Source: Auanema rhodensis
Taxonomy: Eukaryota; Animalia; Nematoda
Reading direction: 5' to 3'
NCBI GenBank assembly: GCA_964057225.1
Contig: OZ059894.1
Span: forward strand, 3,224,001-3,288,000
DNA length: 64,000 bases
The first letter of the stretch is position 1, and every line of letters starts with the position of its first letter. Of the stretch, positions 39,970-55,500 are shown piece by piece. The translations under genes and the position numbers were made by a program. The notes beneath the pieces were generated by a model, which saw only the letters and a program-made list of their open reading frames with translations, ran no database searches and had not been told where the DNA came from.

Positions 39970-42900
39970 ATGATCGTTTGAAAAATGATGCATTAGTGTA
40001 TGTTGAGTTTCCATGTACACTCAACATTGCTTCCAAAAACATTTTGACAAAAATTTTTTCGAAAAATTTCAAAATAGTTTAGCAAAAAGTAGATGTTTTT
40101 AGATTCCTTTTTTCAAGGCAAAAACGATGGACAATGTTATTCAACGAAAAAAGTAAATCTTCAGGGTGAAAATCGAGGATACAAGTGTGAACATATATCA
40201 GTTGATTTCTCGGTGCATTTTTAAGCTAGCGCAAATATGATAACATAGATCGACGCAGCTCAAAAATCTACATCGAATGCACTATACCACATTAAGAAAC
40301 GCTCAATACAAGACTTAGTTATGATCGTTTAAAAAATGATGCATTATTGTATGTTGAGTTTCAATGTACACTCAACATTGCTTCCAAAAACATTTTGACA
40401 AAAATTTTCCCGAAAAATTTCAAAATAATTTCACGAAAAGTAGATGTTTTTAGATTTCTTTTTTCGAGGCGAAGATGATGGATAATGTTATTCAGCGAAA
40501 AAATAAACTCTTCAGGGTGAAAATCGAGGATATAAGTGTGAACATATATCAGTTGATATCTCGGTGCATTTTTAAGCTAGCGCAAATCTGATAACACAGA
40601 TCGACGCAGCTCAAAAATCTACATCGAATGCACTATACCACATTAAGAAACGCTCAATACAAGACTTAGTTATGATCGTTTGAAAAATGATGCATTACTG
40701 TATGTTGAGTTTCAATGTACACTCAACATTGCTTCCAAAAACATTTTGACAAAAATTTTCCCGGAAAATTTCAAAATAATTTCACGAAAAGTAGATGTTT
40801 TTAGATTTCTTTTTTCGAGGCGAAAATGATGGACAATGTTATTCAGCGAAAAAATAAACTCTTCAGGGTGAAAATCGAGGATATAAGTGTGAACCTATAT
40901 CAGTTGATATCTCGGTGCATTCTTAAGCTAGCGCAAATCTGATAACACAGATCGACGCAGCTCAAAAATCCACATCGAATGCACTATACTTCATTAAGAA
41001 ATGCTCAATACAAAAATTAGTTATGATCGTTTGGAAAATGATGCATTACTGTATATTGAGTTTCAATGTACACTCAACATTGCTTTCAAACACATTTTGA
41101 CAAAAATTTTCCCGAAAAATTTCGAAATAATTTCACGAAAAGTAGATGTTTTTAGATTCCTTTTTTCAAGGCGAAGACGATGGACAATGTTATTCAGCGA
41201 AAAAATTAACTCTTCAGGGTGAAAATCGAGGATATAAGTGTGAACCGATATCAGTTGATATCTCGGTGCATTCTAAAGCTAGCGCAAATTTGATAACACA
41301 GATCGACGCAGCTCAAAAATCCGCATTGAATGCACTATACTTCATTGAGAAACGCTCAATACAAAAATTAGTTATGATCGTTTGAAAAATGATGCATTAG
41401 TGTATGTTGAGTTTCCATGTACACTCAACATTGCTTCCAAAAACATTTTGACAAAAATTTTTTCGAAAAATTTCAAAATAGTTTAGCAAAAAGTAGATGT
41501 TTTTAGATTCCTTTTTTCAAGGCAAAAACGATGGACAATGTTATTCAACGAAAAAAGTAAATCTTCAGGGTGAAAATCGAGGATACAAGTGTGAACATAT
41601 ATCAGTTGATTTCTCGGTGCATTTTTAAGCTAGCGCAAATATGATAACATAGATCGACGCAGCTCAAAAATCTACATCGAATGCACTATACCACATTAAG
41701 AAACGCTCAATACAAGACTTAGTTATGATCGTTTAAAAAATGATGCATTATTGTATGTTGAGTTTCAATGTACACTCAACATTGCTTCCAAAAACATTTT
41801 GACAAAAATTTTCCCGAAAAATTTCAAAATAATTTCACGAAAAGTAGATGTTTTTAGATTTCTTTTTTCGAGGCGAAGATGATGGACAATGTTATTCAGC
41901 GAAAAAATAAACTCTTCAGGGTGAAAATCGAGGATATAAGTGTGAACATATATCAGTTGATATCTCGGTGCATTTTTAAGCTAGCGCAAATCTGATAACA
42001 CAGATCGACGCAGCTCAAAAATCCACATCGAATGCACTATACTTCATTAAGAAACGCTCAATACAAGACTTAGTTATGATCGTTTGAAAAATGATGCATT
42101 ACTGTATGTTGAGTTTCAATGTACACTCAACATTGCTTCCAAAAACATTTTGACAAAAATTTTCCCGGAAAATTTCAAAATAATTTCACGAAAAGTAGAT
42201 GTTTTTAGATTTCTTTTTTCGAGGCGAAAATGATGGACAATGTTATTCAGCGAAAAAATAAACTCTTCAGGGTGAAAATCGAGGATATAAGTGTGAACCT
42301 ATATCAGTTGATATCTCGGTGCATTCTTAAGCTAGCGCAAATCTGATAACACAGATCGACGCAGCTCAAAAATCCACATCGAATGCACTATACTTCATTA
42401 AGAAATGCTCAATACAAAAATTAGTTATGATCGTTTGGAAAATGATGCATTACTGTATATTGAGTTTCAATGTACACTCAACATTGCTTTCAAACACATT
42501 TTGACAAAAATTTTCCCGAAAAATTTCGAAATAATTTCACGAAAAGTAGATGTTTTTAGATTACTTTTTTCAAGGCGAAGACGATGGACAATGTTATTCA
42601 GCGAAAAAATTAACTCTTCAGGGTGAAAATCGAGGATATAAGTGTGAACCGATATCAGTTGATATCTCGGTGCATTCTAAAGCTAGCGCAAATTTGATAA
42701 CACAGATCGACGCAGCTCAAAAATCCGCATTGAATGCACTATACTTCATTGAGAAACGCTCAATACAAAAATTAGTTATGATCGTTTGAAAAATGATGCA
42801 TTAGTGTATGTTGAGTTTCCATGTACACTCAACATTGCTTCCAAAAACATTTTGACAAAAATTTTTTCGAAAAATTTCAAAATAGTTTAGCAAAAAGTAG

Positions 42901-42985
42901 ATGTTTTTAGATTCCTTTTTTCAAGGCAAAAACGATGGACAATGTTATTCAACGAAAAAAGTAAATCTTCAGGGTGAAAATCGAG
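39970..42985 (-). repeat. 4-mer higher-order repeat (1404 bp x~2)
   Basis: GGATACAAG at 40181/41585, shared TTCAAACAC variant, and ORFs 41001/42405 at offset 1404. Confidence 0.82.
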
Positions 42986-45900
42986 GATATAAGTGTGAAC
43001 ATATATCAGTTGATATCTCGGTGCATTTTTAAGCTAGCGCAAATCTGATAACACAGATCGACGCAGCTCAAAAATCCACATCGAATGCACTATACTTCAT
43101 TAAGAAACGCTTAATACAAGACTTAGTTATGATCGTTTGAAAAATGATGCATTATTGTATGTTGAGTTTCCATGTTCACTCAACATTGCTTCCAAAAACA
43201 TTTTGAAAAAAATTTTCCCGGAAAATTTCAAAATAATTTCACGAAAAGTAGATGTTTTTAGATTTCTTTTTTCGAGGCGAAGATGATGGACAATGTTATT
43301 CAGCGAAAAAATAAACTCTTCAGGGTGAAAATCGAGGATATAAGTGTGAACAAATATCAGTTGATATCTCGGTGCATTTTTAAGCTAGCGCAAATCTGAT
43401 AACACAGATCGACGCAGCTCAAAAATCTACATCGAATGCACTATACTTCATTGAGAAAAGCTTAACACAAAAATTAGTTATGATCGTTTGAAAAATGATG
43501 CATTACTGTATGTTGAGTTTCCATGTACACTCAACATTGCTTCCAAAAACATTTTGACAAAAATTTTCCCGAAAAATTTCTAGATAATTTCACAAAAAGT
43601 AGATGTTTTTAGATTTCTTTTTTCAAGGCGAAAATGATGGACAATGTTATTCAGCGAAAAAATAAACTCTTCAGGGTGAAAATCGAGGATATAAGTGTGA
43701 ACATATATCAGTTGATATCTCGGTGCATTTTTAAGCTAGCGCAAATCTGATAACACAGATCGACGCAGCTCAAAAATCCACATCGAATGCACTATACTTC
43801 ATTAAGAAACGCTTAATACAAGACTTAGTTATGATCGTTTGAAAAATGATGCATTATTGTATGTTGAGTTTCCATGTTCACTCAACATTGCTTCCAAAAA
43901 CATTTTGAAAAAAATTTTCCCGGAAAATTTCAAAATAATTTCACGAAAAGTAGATGTTTTTAGATTTCTTTTTTCGAGGCGAAGATGATGGACAATGTTA
44001 TTCAGCGAAAAAATAAACTCTTCAGGGTGAAAATCGAGGATATAAGTGTGAACAAATATCAGTTGATATCTCGGTGCATTTTTAAGCTAGCGCAAATCTG
44101 ATAACACAGATCGACGCAGCTCAAAAATCTACATCGAATGCACTATACTTCATTGAGAAAAGCTTAACACAAAAATTAGTTATGATCGTTTGAAAAATGA
44201 TGCATTACTGTATGTTGAGTTTCCATGTACACTCAACATTGCTTCCAAAAACATTTTGACAAAAATTTTCCCGAAAAATTTCTAGATAATTTCACAAAAA
44301 GTAGATGTTTTTAGATTTCTTTTTTCAAGGCGAAGACGACGGACAATGTTATTCAACGTAAAAATTAGTTCTTTAGGGTGAAAATCGAGGATATAGGTGT
44401 GAACTTATATCAGTTGATATCTCGGTGCATTTTTAAGCTAGCGCAAATCTGATAACACAGATCGACGCAGCTTAAAAATCCGCATTGAATGCACTATACT
44501 ACATTGAGAAACGCTTAATATAAAAATTAGTTATGATCGTTTGAAAAATGATGCATTAGTGTATGTTGAGTTTCCATGTACACTCAACATTGCTTCCAAA
44601 AACATTTTGACAAAAATTTTTTCGAAAAATTTCAAAATAGTTTAGCAAAAAGTAGATGTTTTTAGATTCCTTTTTTCAAGGCAAAAACGATGGACAATGT
44701 TATTCAACGAAAAAAGTAAATCTTCAGGGTGAAAATCGAGGATACAAGTGTGAACATATATCAGTTGATTTCTCGGTGCATTTTTAAGCTAGCGCAAATA
44801 TGATAACATAGATCGACGCAGCTCAAAAATCTACATCGAATGCACTATACCACATTAAGAAACGCTCAATACAAGACTTAGTTATGATCGTTTAAAAAAT
44901 GATGCATTATTGTATGTTGAGTTTCAATGTACACTCAACATTGCTTCCAAAAACATTTTGACAAAAATTTTCCCGAAAAATTTCAAAATAATTTCACGAA
45001 AAGTAGATGTTTTTAGATTTCTTTTTTCGAGGCGAAGATGATGGACAATGTTATTCAGCGAAAAAATAAACTCTTCAGGGTGAAAATCGAGGATATAAGT
45101 GTGAACATATATCAGTTGATATCTCGGTGCATTTTTAAGCTAGCGCAAATCTGATAACACAGATCGACGCAGCTCAAAAATCTACATCGAATGCACTATA
45201 CCACATTAAGAAACGCTCAATACAAGACTTAGTTATGATCGTTTGAAAAATGATGCATTACTGTATGTTGAGTTTCAATGTACACTCAACATTGCTTCCA
45301 AACACATTTTGACAAAAATTTTCCCGAAAAATTTCGAAATAATTTCACGAAAAGTAGATGTTTTTAGATTCCTTTTTTCAAGGCGAAGACGATGGACAAT
45401 GTTATTCAGCGAAAAAATTAACTCTTCAGGGTGAAAATCGAGGATATAAGTGTGAACCGATATCAGTTGATATCTCGGTGCATTCTTAAGCTAGCGCAAA
45501 TCTGATAACACAGATCGACGCAGCTCAAAAATCCACATCGAATGCACTATACTTCATTAAGAAATGCTCAATACAAAAATTAGTTATGATCGTTTGGAAA
45601 ATGATGCATTACTGTATATTGAGTTTCAATGTACACTCAACATTGCTTTCAAACACATTTTGACAAAAATTTTCCCGAAAAATTTCGAAATAATTTCACG
45701 AAAAGTAGATGTTTTTAGATTCCTTTTTTCAAGGCGAAGACGATGGACAATGTTATTCAGCGAAAAAATTAACTCTTCAGGGTGAAAATCGAGGATATAA
45801 GTGTGAACCGATATCAGTTGATATCTCGGTGCATTCTAAAGCTAGCGCAAATTTGATAACACAGATCGACGCAGCTCAAAAATCCGCATTGAATGCACTA

Positions 45901-46559
45901 TACTTCATTGAGAAACGCTCAATACAAAAATTAGTTATGATCGTTTGAAAAATGATGCATTAGTGTATGTTGAGTTTTCATGTACACTCAACATTGCTTC
46001 CAAAAACATTTTGACAAAAATTTTTTCGAAAAATTTCAAAATAGTTTAGCAAAAAGTAGATGTTTTTAGATTCCTTTTTTCAAGGCAAAAACGATGGACA
46101 ATGTTATTCAACGAAAAAAGTAAATCTTCAGGGTGAAAATCGAGGATATAAGTGTGAACATATATCAGTTGATATCTCGGTGCATTTTTAAGCTAGCGCA
46201 AATCTGATAACACAGATCGACGCAGCTCAAAAATCCACATCGAATGCACTATACTTCATTAAGAAACGCTTAATACAAGACTTAGTTATGATCGTTTGAA
46301 AAATGATGCATTATTGTATGTTGAGTTTCCATGTTCACTCAACATTGCTTCCAAAAACATTTTGACAAAAATTTTCCCGGAAAATTTCAAAATAATTTCA
46401 CGAAAAGTAGATGTTTTTAGATTTCTTTTTTCGAGGCGAAAATGATGGACAATGTTATTCAGCGAAAAAATAAACTCTTCAGGGTGAAAATCGAGGATAT
46501 AAGTGTGAACAAATATCAGTTGATATCTCGGTGCATTTTTAAGCTAGCGCAAATCTGAT

Positions 46560-47935
46560 AACACAGATCGACGCAGCTCAAAAATCTACATCGAATGCAC
46601 TATACTTCATTAAGAAATGCTCAATACAAAAATTAGTTATGATCGTTTGGAAAATGATGCATTACTGTATGTTGAGCTTCAATGTACACTCAACATTGCT
46701 TCCAAAAACATTTTGACAAAAATTTTCCCGAAAAATTTCAAAATAATTTCACGAAAAGTAGATGTTTTTAGATTCCTTTTTTCAAGGCGAAGACGATGGA
46801 CAATGTTATTCAGCGAAAAAATTAACTCTTCAGGGTGAAAATCGAGGATATAAGTGTGAACCGATATCAATTGATATCTCGGTGCATTCTAAAGCTAGCG
46901 CAAATTTGATAACACAGATCGACGCAGCTCAAAAATTCACATCGAATGCACTATACTTCATTAAGAAATGCTCAATACAAAAATTAGTTATGATCGTTTG
47001 GAAAATGATGCATTACTGTATATTGAGTTTCAATGTACACTCAACATTGCTTTCAAACACATTTTGACAAAAATTTTCCCGAAAAATTTCGAAATAATTT
47101 CACGAAAAGTAGATGTTTTTAGATTCCTTTTTTCAAGGCGAAGATGATGGACAATGTTATTCAGCGAAAAAATTAACTCTTCAGGGTGAAAATCGAGGAT
47201 ATAAGTGTGAACATATATCAGTTGATATCTCGGTGCATTCTAAAGCTAGCGCAAATTTGATAACACAGATCGACGCAGCTCAAAAATCTACATCGAATGC
47301 ACTATACTTCATTAAGAAATGCTCAATACAAAAATTAGTTATGATCGTTTGGAAAATGATGCATTACTGTATGTTGAGCTTCAATGTACACTCAACATTG
47401 CTTCCAAAAACATTTTGACAAAAATTTTCCCGAAAAATTTCAAAATAATTTCACGAAAAGTAGATGTTTTTAGATTCCTTTTTTCAAGGCGAAGACGATG
47501 GACAATGTTATTCAGCGAAAAAATTAACTCTTCAGGGTGAAAATCGAGGATATAAGTGTGAACCGATATCAATTGATATCTCGGTGCATTCTAAAGCTAG
47601 CGCAAATTTGATAACACAGATCGACGCAGCTCAAAAATTCACATCGAATGCACTATACTTCATTAAGAAATGCTCAATACAAAAATTAGTTATGATCGTT
47701 TGGAAAATGATGCATTACTGTATATTGAGTTTCAATGTACACTCAACATTGCTTTCAAACACATTTTGACAAAAATTTTCCCGAAAAATTTCGAAATAAT
47801 TTCACGAAAAGTAGATGTTTTTAGATTCCTTTTTTCAAGGCGAAGATGATGGACAATGTTATTCAGCGAAAAAATTAACTCTTCAGGGTGAAAATCGAGG
47901 ATATAAGTGTGAACATATATCAGTTGATATCTCGG
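46560..47935 (-). repeat. Dimer duplication (702 bp x2)
   Basis: Private GAGCTTC, ATCAATTGAT and AAATTCAC variants repeat at offset 702 (ORFs 46617/47319, 46762/47464). Confidence 0.82.
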
Positions 47936-48899
47936 TGCATTTTTAAGCTAGCGCAAATCTGATAACACAGATGGACGCAGCTCAAAAATCTACATCGAAT
48001 GCACTATACTTCATTAAGAAATGCTCAATACAAAAATTAGTTATGATCGTTTGAAAAATGATGCATTATTGTATGTTGAGTTTCCATGTACACTCAACAT
48101 TGCTTCCAAAAACATTTTGACAAAAATTTTCCCGGAAAATTTCAAAATAATTTCACGAAAAGTAGATGTTTTTAGACTTCTTTTTTCGAGGCGAAGATGA
48201 TGGACAATGTTATTCAGCGAAAAAATAAACTCTTCAGGGTGAAAATCGAGGATATAAGTGTGAACAAATATCAGTTGATATCTCGGTGCATTTTTAAGCT
48301 AGCGCAAATCTGATAACACAGATCGACGCAGCTCAAAAATCTACATCGAATGCACTATACTTCATTAAGAAATGCTCAATACAAAAATTAGTTATGATCG
48401 TTTGGAAAATGATGCATTACTGTATGTTGAGTTTCAATGTACACTCAACATTGCTTCCAAAAACATTTTGACAAAAATTTTTTCGAAAAATTCCAAAATA
48501 GTTTAGCAAAAAGTAGATGTTTTTAGATTTCTTTTTTCAAGGCAAAAACGATGGACAATGTTATTCAACGAAAAAAGTAAATCTTCAGGGTGAAAATCGA
48601 GGATATAAGTGTGAACATATATCAGTTGATATCTCGGTGCATTCTAAAGCTAGCTCAAATTTGATAACACAGATCGACGCAGCTCAAAAATCCGCATTGA
48701 ATGCACTATACTTCATTGAGAAACGCTCAATACAAAAATTAGTTATGATCGTTTGAAAAATGATGCATTAGTGTATGTTGAGTTTCCATGTACACTCAAC
48801 ATTGCTTCCAAAAATATTTTGACAAAAATTTTTTCGAAAAATTTCAAAATAGTTTAGCAAAAAGTTGATGTTTTTAGATTCCTTTTTTCAAGGCAAAAA

Positions 48900-50960
48900 C
48901 GATGGACAATGTTATTCAACGAAAAAAGTAAATCTTCAGGGTGAAAATCGAGGATATAAGTGTGAACATATATCAGTTGATATCTCGGTGCATTTTTAAG
49001 CTAGCGCAAATCTGATAACACAGATGGACGCAGCTCAAAAATCTACATCGAATGCACTACACTTCATTAAGAAATGCTCAATACAAAAATTAGTTATGAT
49101 CGTTTGGAAAATGATGCATTACTGTATGTTGAGTTTCCATGTACACTCAACATTGCTTCCAAAAACATTTTGACAAAAATTTTCCCGGAAAATTTCAGAA
49201 TAATTTCACGAAAAGTAGATGTTTTTAGATTTCTTTTTTCGAGGCGAAGATGATGGACAATGTTATTCAGCGAAAAAATAAACTCTTCAGGGTGAAAATC
49301 GAGGATATAAGTGTGAACAAATATCAGTTGATATCTCGGTGCATTTTTAAGCTAGCGCAAATCTGATAACACAGATCGACGCAGCTCAAAAATCCGCATT
49401 GAATGCACTATACTTCATTTTGAAACGCTCAATACAAAAATTAGTTATGATCGTTTGAAAAATGATGCATTACTGTATGTTGAGTTTCAATGTACACTCA
49501 ACATTGCTTCCAAAAACATTTTGACAAAAATTTTCCCGAAAAATTTCAAAATAATTTCACGAAAAGTAGATGTTTTTAGATTCCTTTTTTCAAGGCGAAG
49601 ACGATGGACAATGTTATTCAGCGAAAAAATTAACTCTTCAGGGTGAAAATCGAGGATATAAGTGTGAACCGATATCAGTTGATATCTCGGTGCATTCTAA
49701 AGCTAGCGCAAATTTGATAACACAGATCGACGCAGCTCAAAAATCCGCATTGAATGCACTATACTTCATTTTGAAACGCTCAATACAAAAATTAGTTATG
49801 ATCGTTTGAAAAATGATGCATTAGTGTATGTTGAGTTTCCATGTACACTCAACATTGCTTCCAAAAACATTTTGACAAAAATTTTTTCGAAAAATTTCAA
49901 AATAGTTTAGCAAAAAGTAGATGTTTTTAGATTTCTTTTTTCAAGGCAAAAACGATGGACAATGTTATTCAACGAAAAAAGTAAATCTTCAGGGTGAAAA
50001 TCGAGGATATAAGTGTGAACATATATCAGTTGATATCTCGGTGCATTTTTAAGCTAGCGCAAATCTGATAACACAGATGGACGCAGCTCAAAAATCTACA
50101 TCGAATGCACTATACTTCATTAAGAAATGCTCAATACAAAAATTAGTTATGATCGTTTGGAAAATGATGCATTACTGTATGTTGAGTTTCCATGTACACT
50201 CAACATTGCTTCCAAAAACATTTTGACAAAAATTTTCCCGGAAAATTTCAGAATAATTTCACGAAAAGTAGATGTTTTTAGATTTCTTTTTTCGAGGCGA
50301 AGATGATGGACAATGTTATTCAGCGAAAAAATAAACTCTTCAGGGTGAAAATCGAGGATATAAGTGTGAACAAATATCAGTTGATATCTCGGTGCATTTT
50401 TAAGCTAGCGCAAATCTGATAACACAGATCGACGCAGCTCAAAAATCCGCATTGAATGCACTATACTTCATTTTGAAACGCTCAATACAAAAATTAGTTA
50501 TGATCGTTTGAAAAATGATGCATTACTGTATGTTGAGTTTCAATGTACACTCAACATTGCTTCCAAAAACATTTTGACAAAAATTTTCCCGAAAAATTTC
50601 AAAATAATTTCACGAAAAGTAGATGTTTTTAGATTCCTTTTTTCAAGGCGAAGACGATGGACAATGTTATTCAGCGAAAAAATTAACTCTTCAGGGTGAA
50701 AATCGAGGATATAAGTGTGAACCGATATCAGTTGATATCTCGGTGCATTCTAAAGCTAGCGCAAATTTGATAACACAGATCGACGCAGCTCAAAAATCCG
50801 CATTGAATGCACTATACTTCATTTTGAAACGCTCAATACAAAAATTAGTTATGATCGTTTGAAAAATGATGCATTAGTGTATGTTGAGTTTCCATGTACA
50901 CTCAACATTGCTTCCAAAAACATTTTGACAAAAATTTTTTCGAAAAATTTCAAAATAGTT
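48900..50960 (-). repeat. Trimer duplication (1053 bp x~2)
   Basis: CATTTTGAAACG and TTTCAGAAT variants and ORFs 49455/50508 and 49570/50623 at offset 1053. Confidence 0.8.
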
Positions 50961-51239
50961 TAGCAAAAAGTTGATGTTTTTAGATTCCTTCTTTTAAGGC
51001 AAAAACGATGGACAATGTTATTCAACGAAAAAAGTAAATCTTCAGGGTGAAAATCGAGGATATAAGTGTGAACATATATCAGTTGATATCTCGGTGCATT
51101 TTTAAGCTAGCGCAAATCTGATAACACAGATGGACGCAGCTCAAAAATCTACATCGAATGCACTATACTTCATTAAGAAATGCTCAATACAAAAATTAGT
51201 TATGATCGTTTGAAAAATGATGCATTACTGTATGTTGAG

Positions 51240-52540
51240 TTTCAATGTACACTCAACATTGCTTCCAAAAACATTTTGACAAAAATTTTTTCGAAAAATT
51301 CCAAAATAGTTTAGCAAAAAGTAGATGTTTTTAGATTTCTTTTTTCAAGGCAAAAACGATGGACAATGTTATTCAACGAAAAAAGTAAATCTTCAGGGTG
51401 AAAATCGAGGATATAAGTGTGAACATATATCAGTTGATATCTCGGTGCATTCTAAAGCTAGCGCAAATTTGATAACACAGATCGACGCAGCTCAAAAATC
51501 TACATCGAATGCACTATACTTCATTAAGAAACGCTCAATACAAGACTTAGTTATGATCGTTTGAAAAATGATGCATTATTGTATGTTGAGTTTCCATGTA
51601 CACTCAACATTGCTTCCAAAAACATTTTGACAAAAATTTTCCCGGAAAATTTCAAAATAATTTCACGAAAAGTAGATGTTTTTAGATTTCTTTTTTCAAG
51701 GCAAAAACGATGGACAATGTTATTCAACGAAAAAAGTAAATCTTCAGGGTGAAAATCGAGGATATAAGTGTGAACATATATCAGTTGATATCTCGGTGCA
51801 TTCTAAAGCTAGCGCAAATTTGATAACACAGATCGACGCAGCTCAAAAATCCGCATTGAATGCACTATACTTCATTGAGAAACGCTCAATACAAAAATTA
51901 GTTATGATCGTTTGAAAAATGATGCATTAGTGTATGTTGAGTTTCAATGTACACTCAACATTGCTTCCAAAAACATTTTGACAAAAATTTTTTCGAAAAA
52001 TTCCAAAATAGTTTAGCAAAAAGTAGATGTTTTTAGATTTCTTTTTTCAAGGCAAAAACGATGGACAATGTTATTCAACGAAAAAAGTAAATCTTCAGGG
52101 TGAAAATCGAGGATATAAGTGTGAACATATATCAGTTGATATCTCGGTGCATTCTAAAGCTAGCGCAAATTTGATAACACAGATCGACGCAGCTCAAAAA
52201 TCTACATCGAATGCACTATACTTCATTAAGAAACGCTCAATACAAGACTTAGTTATGATCGTTTGAAAAATGATGCATTATTGTATGTTGAGTTTCCATG
52301 TACACTCAACATTGCTTCCAAAAACATTTTGACAAAAATTTTCCCGGAAAATTTCAAAATAATTTCACGAAAAGTAGATGTTTTTAGATTTCTTTTTTCA
52401 AGGCAAAAACGATGGACAATGTTATTCAACGAAAAAAGTAAATCTTCAGGGTGAAAATCGAGGATATAAGTGTGAACATATATCAGTTGATATCTCGGTG
52501 CATTCTAAAGCTAGCGCAAATTTGATAACACAGATCGACG
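51240..52540 (-). repeat. Dimer duplication (702 bp x~2)
   Basis: AAATTCCAAAATAG variant and ORFs 51325/52027 and 51561/52263 at offset 702. Confidence 0.78.
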
Positions 52541-55500
52541 CAGCTCAAAAATCCGCATTGAATGCACTATACTTCATTGAGAAACGCTCAATACAAAAAT
52601 TAGTTATGATCGTTTGAAAAATGATGCATTAGTGTATGTTGAGTTTCCATGTACACTCAACATTGCTTCCAAAAACATTTTGACAAAAATTTTTTCGAAA
52701 AATTTCAAAATAGTTTAGCAAAAAGTTGATGTTTTTAGATTCCTTTTTTCAAGGCAAAAACGATGGACAATGTTATTCAACGAAAAAAGTAAATCTTCAG
52801 GGTGAAAATCGAGGATATAAGTGTGAACATATATCAGTTGATATCTCGGTGCATTTTTAAGCTAGCGCAAATCTGATAACACAGATGGACGCAGCTCAAA
52901 AATCTACATCGAATGCACTATACTTCATTAAGAAATGCTCAATACAAAAATTAGTTATGATCGTTTGGAAAATGATGCATTACTGTATGTTGAGTTTCCA
53001 TGTACACTCAACATTGCTTCCAAAAACATTTTGACAAAAATTTTCCCGGAAAATTTCAGAATAATTTCACGAAAAGTAGATGTTTTTAGATTTCTTTTTT
53101 CGAGGCGAAGATGATGGACAATGTTATTCAGCGAAAAAATAAACTCTTCAGGGTGAAAATCGAGGATATAAGTGTGAACATATATCAGTTGATATCTCGG
53201 TGCATTTTTAAGCTAGCGCAAATCTGATAACACAGATCGACGCAGCTCAAAAATCTACATCGAATGCACTATACTTCATTAAGAAACGCTCAATACAAGA
53301 CTTAGTTATGATCGTTTGAAAAATGATGCATTATTGTATGTTGAGTTTCCATGTACACTCAACATTGCTTCCAAAAACATTTTGACAAAAATTTTCCCGG
53401 AAAATTTCAAAATAATTTCACGAAAAGTAGATGTTTTTAGATTTCGTTTTTCGAGGCGAAGATGATGGACAATGTTATTCAGCGAAAAAACAAACTCTTC
53501 AGGGTGAAAATCGAGGATATAAGTGTGAACAAATATCAGTTGATATCTCGGTGCATTTTTAAGCTAGCGCAAATCTGATAACACAGATCGACGCAGCTCA
53601 AAAATCTACATCGAATGCACTATACTTCATTAAGAAATGCTCAATACAAAAATTAGTTATGATCGTTCGGAAAATGATGCATTATTGTATGTTGAGTTTC
53701 CATGTACACTCAACATTGCTTCCAAAAACATTTTGACAAAAATTTTCCCGGAAAATTTCAAAATAATTTCACGAAAAGTAGATGTTTTTAGATTTCTTTT
53801 TTTGAGGCGAAGATGATGGACAATGTTATTCAGCGAAAAAATAAACTCTTCAGGGTGAAAATCGAGGATATAAGTGTGAACAAATATCAGTTGATATCTC
53901 GGTGCATTTTTAAGCTAGCGCAAATCTGATAACACAGATGGACGCAGCTCAAAAATCTACATCGAATGCACTATACTTCATTAAGAAATGCTCAATACAA
54001 AAATTAGTTATGATCGTTTGAAAAATGATGCATTATTGTATGTTGAGTTTCCATGTACACTCAACATTGCTTCCAAAAATATTTTGACAAAAATTTTCCC
54101 GGAAAATTTCAGAATAATTTCACGAAAAGTAGATGTTTTTAGATTTCTTTTTTCGAGGCGAAGATGATGGACAATGTTATTCAGCGAAAAAATAAACTCT
54201 TCAGGGTGAAAATCGAGGATATAAGTGTGAACATATATCAGTTGATATCTCGGTGCATTTTTAAGCTAGCGCAAATCTGATAACACAGATCGACGCAGCT
54301 CAAAAATCTACATCGAATGCACTATACTTCATTAAGAAACGCTCAATACAAGACTTAGTTATGATCGTTTGAAAAATGATGCATTATTGTATGTTGAGTT
54401 TCCATGTACACTCAACATTGCTTCCAAAAACATTTTGACAAAAATTTTCCCGGAAAATTTCAAAATAATTTCACGAAAAGTAGATGTTTTTAGATTTCTT
54501 TTTTCGAGGCGAAGATGATGGACAATGTTATTCAGCGAAAAAATAAACTCTTCAGGGTGAAAATCGAGGATATAAGTGTGAACAAATATCAGTTGATATC
54601 TCGGTGCATTTTTAAGCTAGCGCAAATCTGATAACACAGATCGACGCAGCTCAAAAATCTACATCGAATGCACTATACTTCATTAAGAAATGCTCAATAC
54701 AAAAATTAGTTATGATCGTTTGGAAAATGATGCATTACTGTATGTTGAGTTTCAATGTACACTCAACATTGCTTCCAAAAACATTTTGACAAAAATTTTT
54801 TCGAAAAATTCCAAAATAGTTTAGCAAAAAGTAGATGTTTTTAGATTTCTTTTTTCAAGGCAAAAACGATGGACAATGTTATTCAACGAAAAAAGTAAAT
54901 CTTCAGGGTGAAAATCGAGGATATAAGTGTGAACATATATCAGTTGATATCTCGGTGCATTCTAAAGCTAGCGCAAATTTGATAACACAGATCGACGCAG
55001 CTCAAAAATCCGCATTGAATGCACTATACTTCATTGAGAAACGCTCAATACAAAAATTAGTTATGATCGTTTGAAAAATGATGCATTAGTGTATGTTGAG
55101 TTTCCATGTACACTCAACATTGCTTCCAAAAACATTTTGACAAAAATTTTTTCGAAAAATTTCAAAATAGTTTAGCAAAAAGTTGATGTTTTTAGATTCC
55201 TTTTTTCAAGGCAAAAACGATGGACAATGTTATTCAACGAAAAAAGTAAATCTTCAGGGTGAAAATCGAGGATATAAGTGTGAACATATATCAGTTGATA
55301 TCTCGGTGCATTTTTAAGCTAGCGCAAATCTGATAACACAGATGGACGCAGCTCAAAAATCTACATCGAATGCACTATACTTCATTAAGAAATGCTCAAT
55401 ACAAAAATTAGTTATGATCGTTTGGAAAATGATGCATTACTGTATGTTGAGTTTCCATGTACACTCAACATTGCTTCCAAAAACATTTTGACAAAAATTT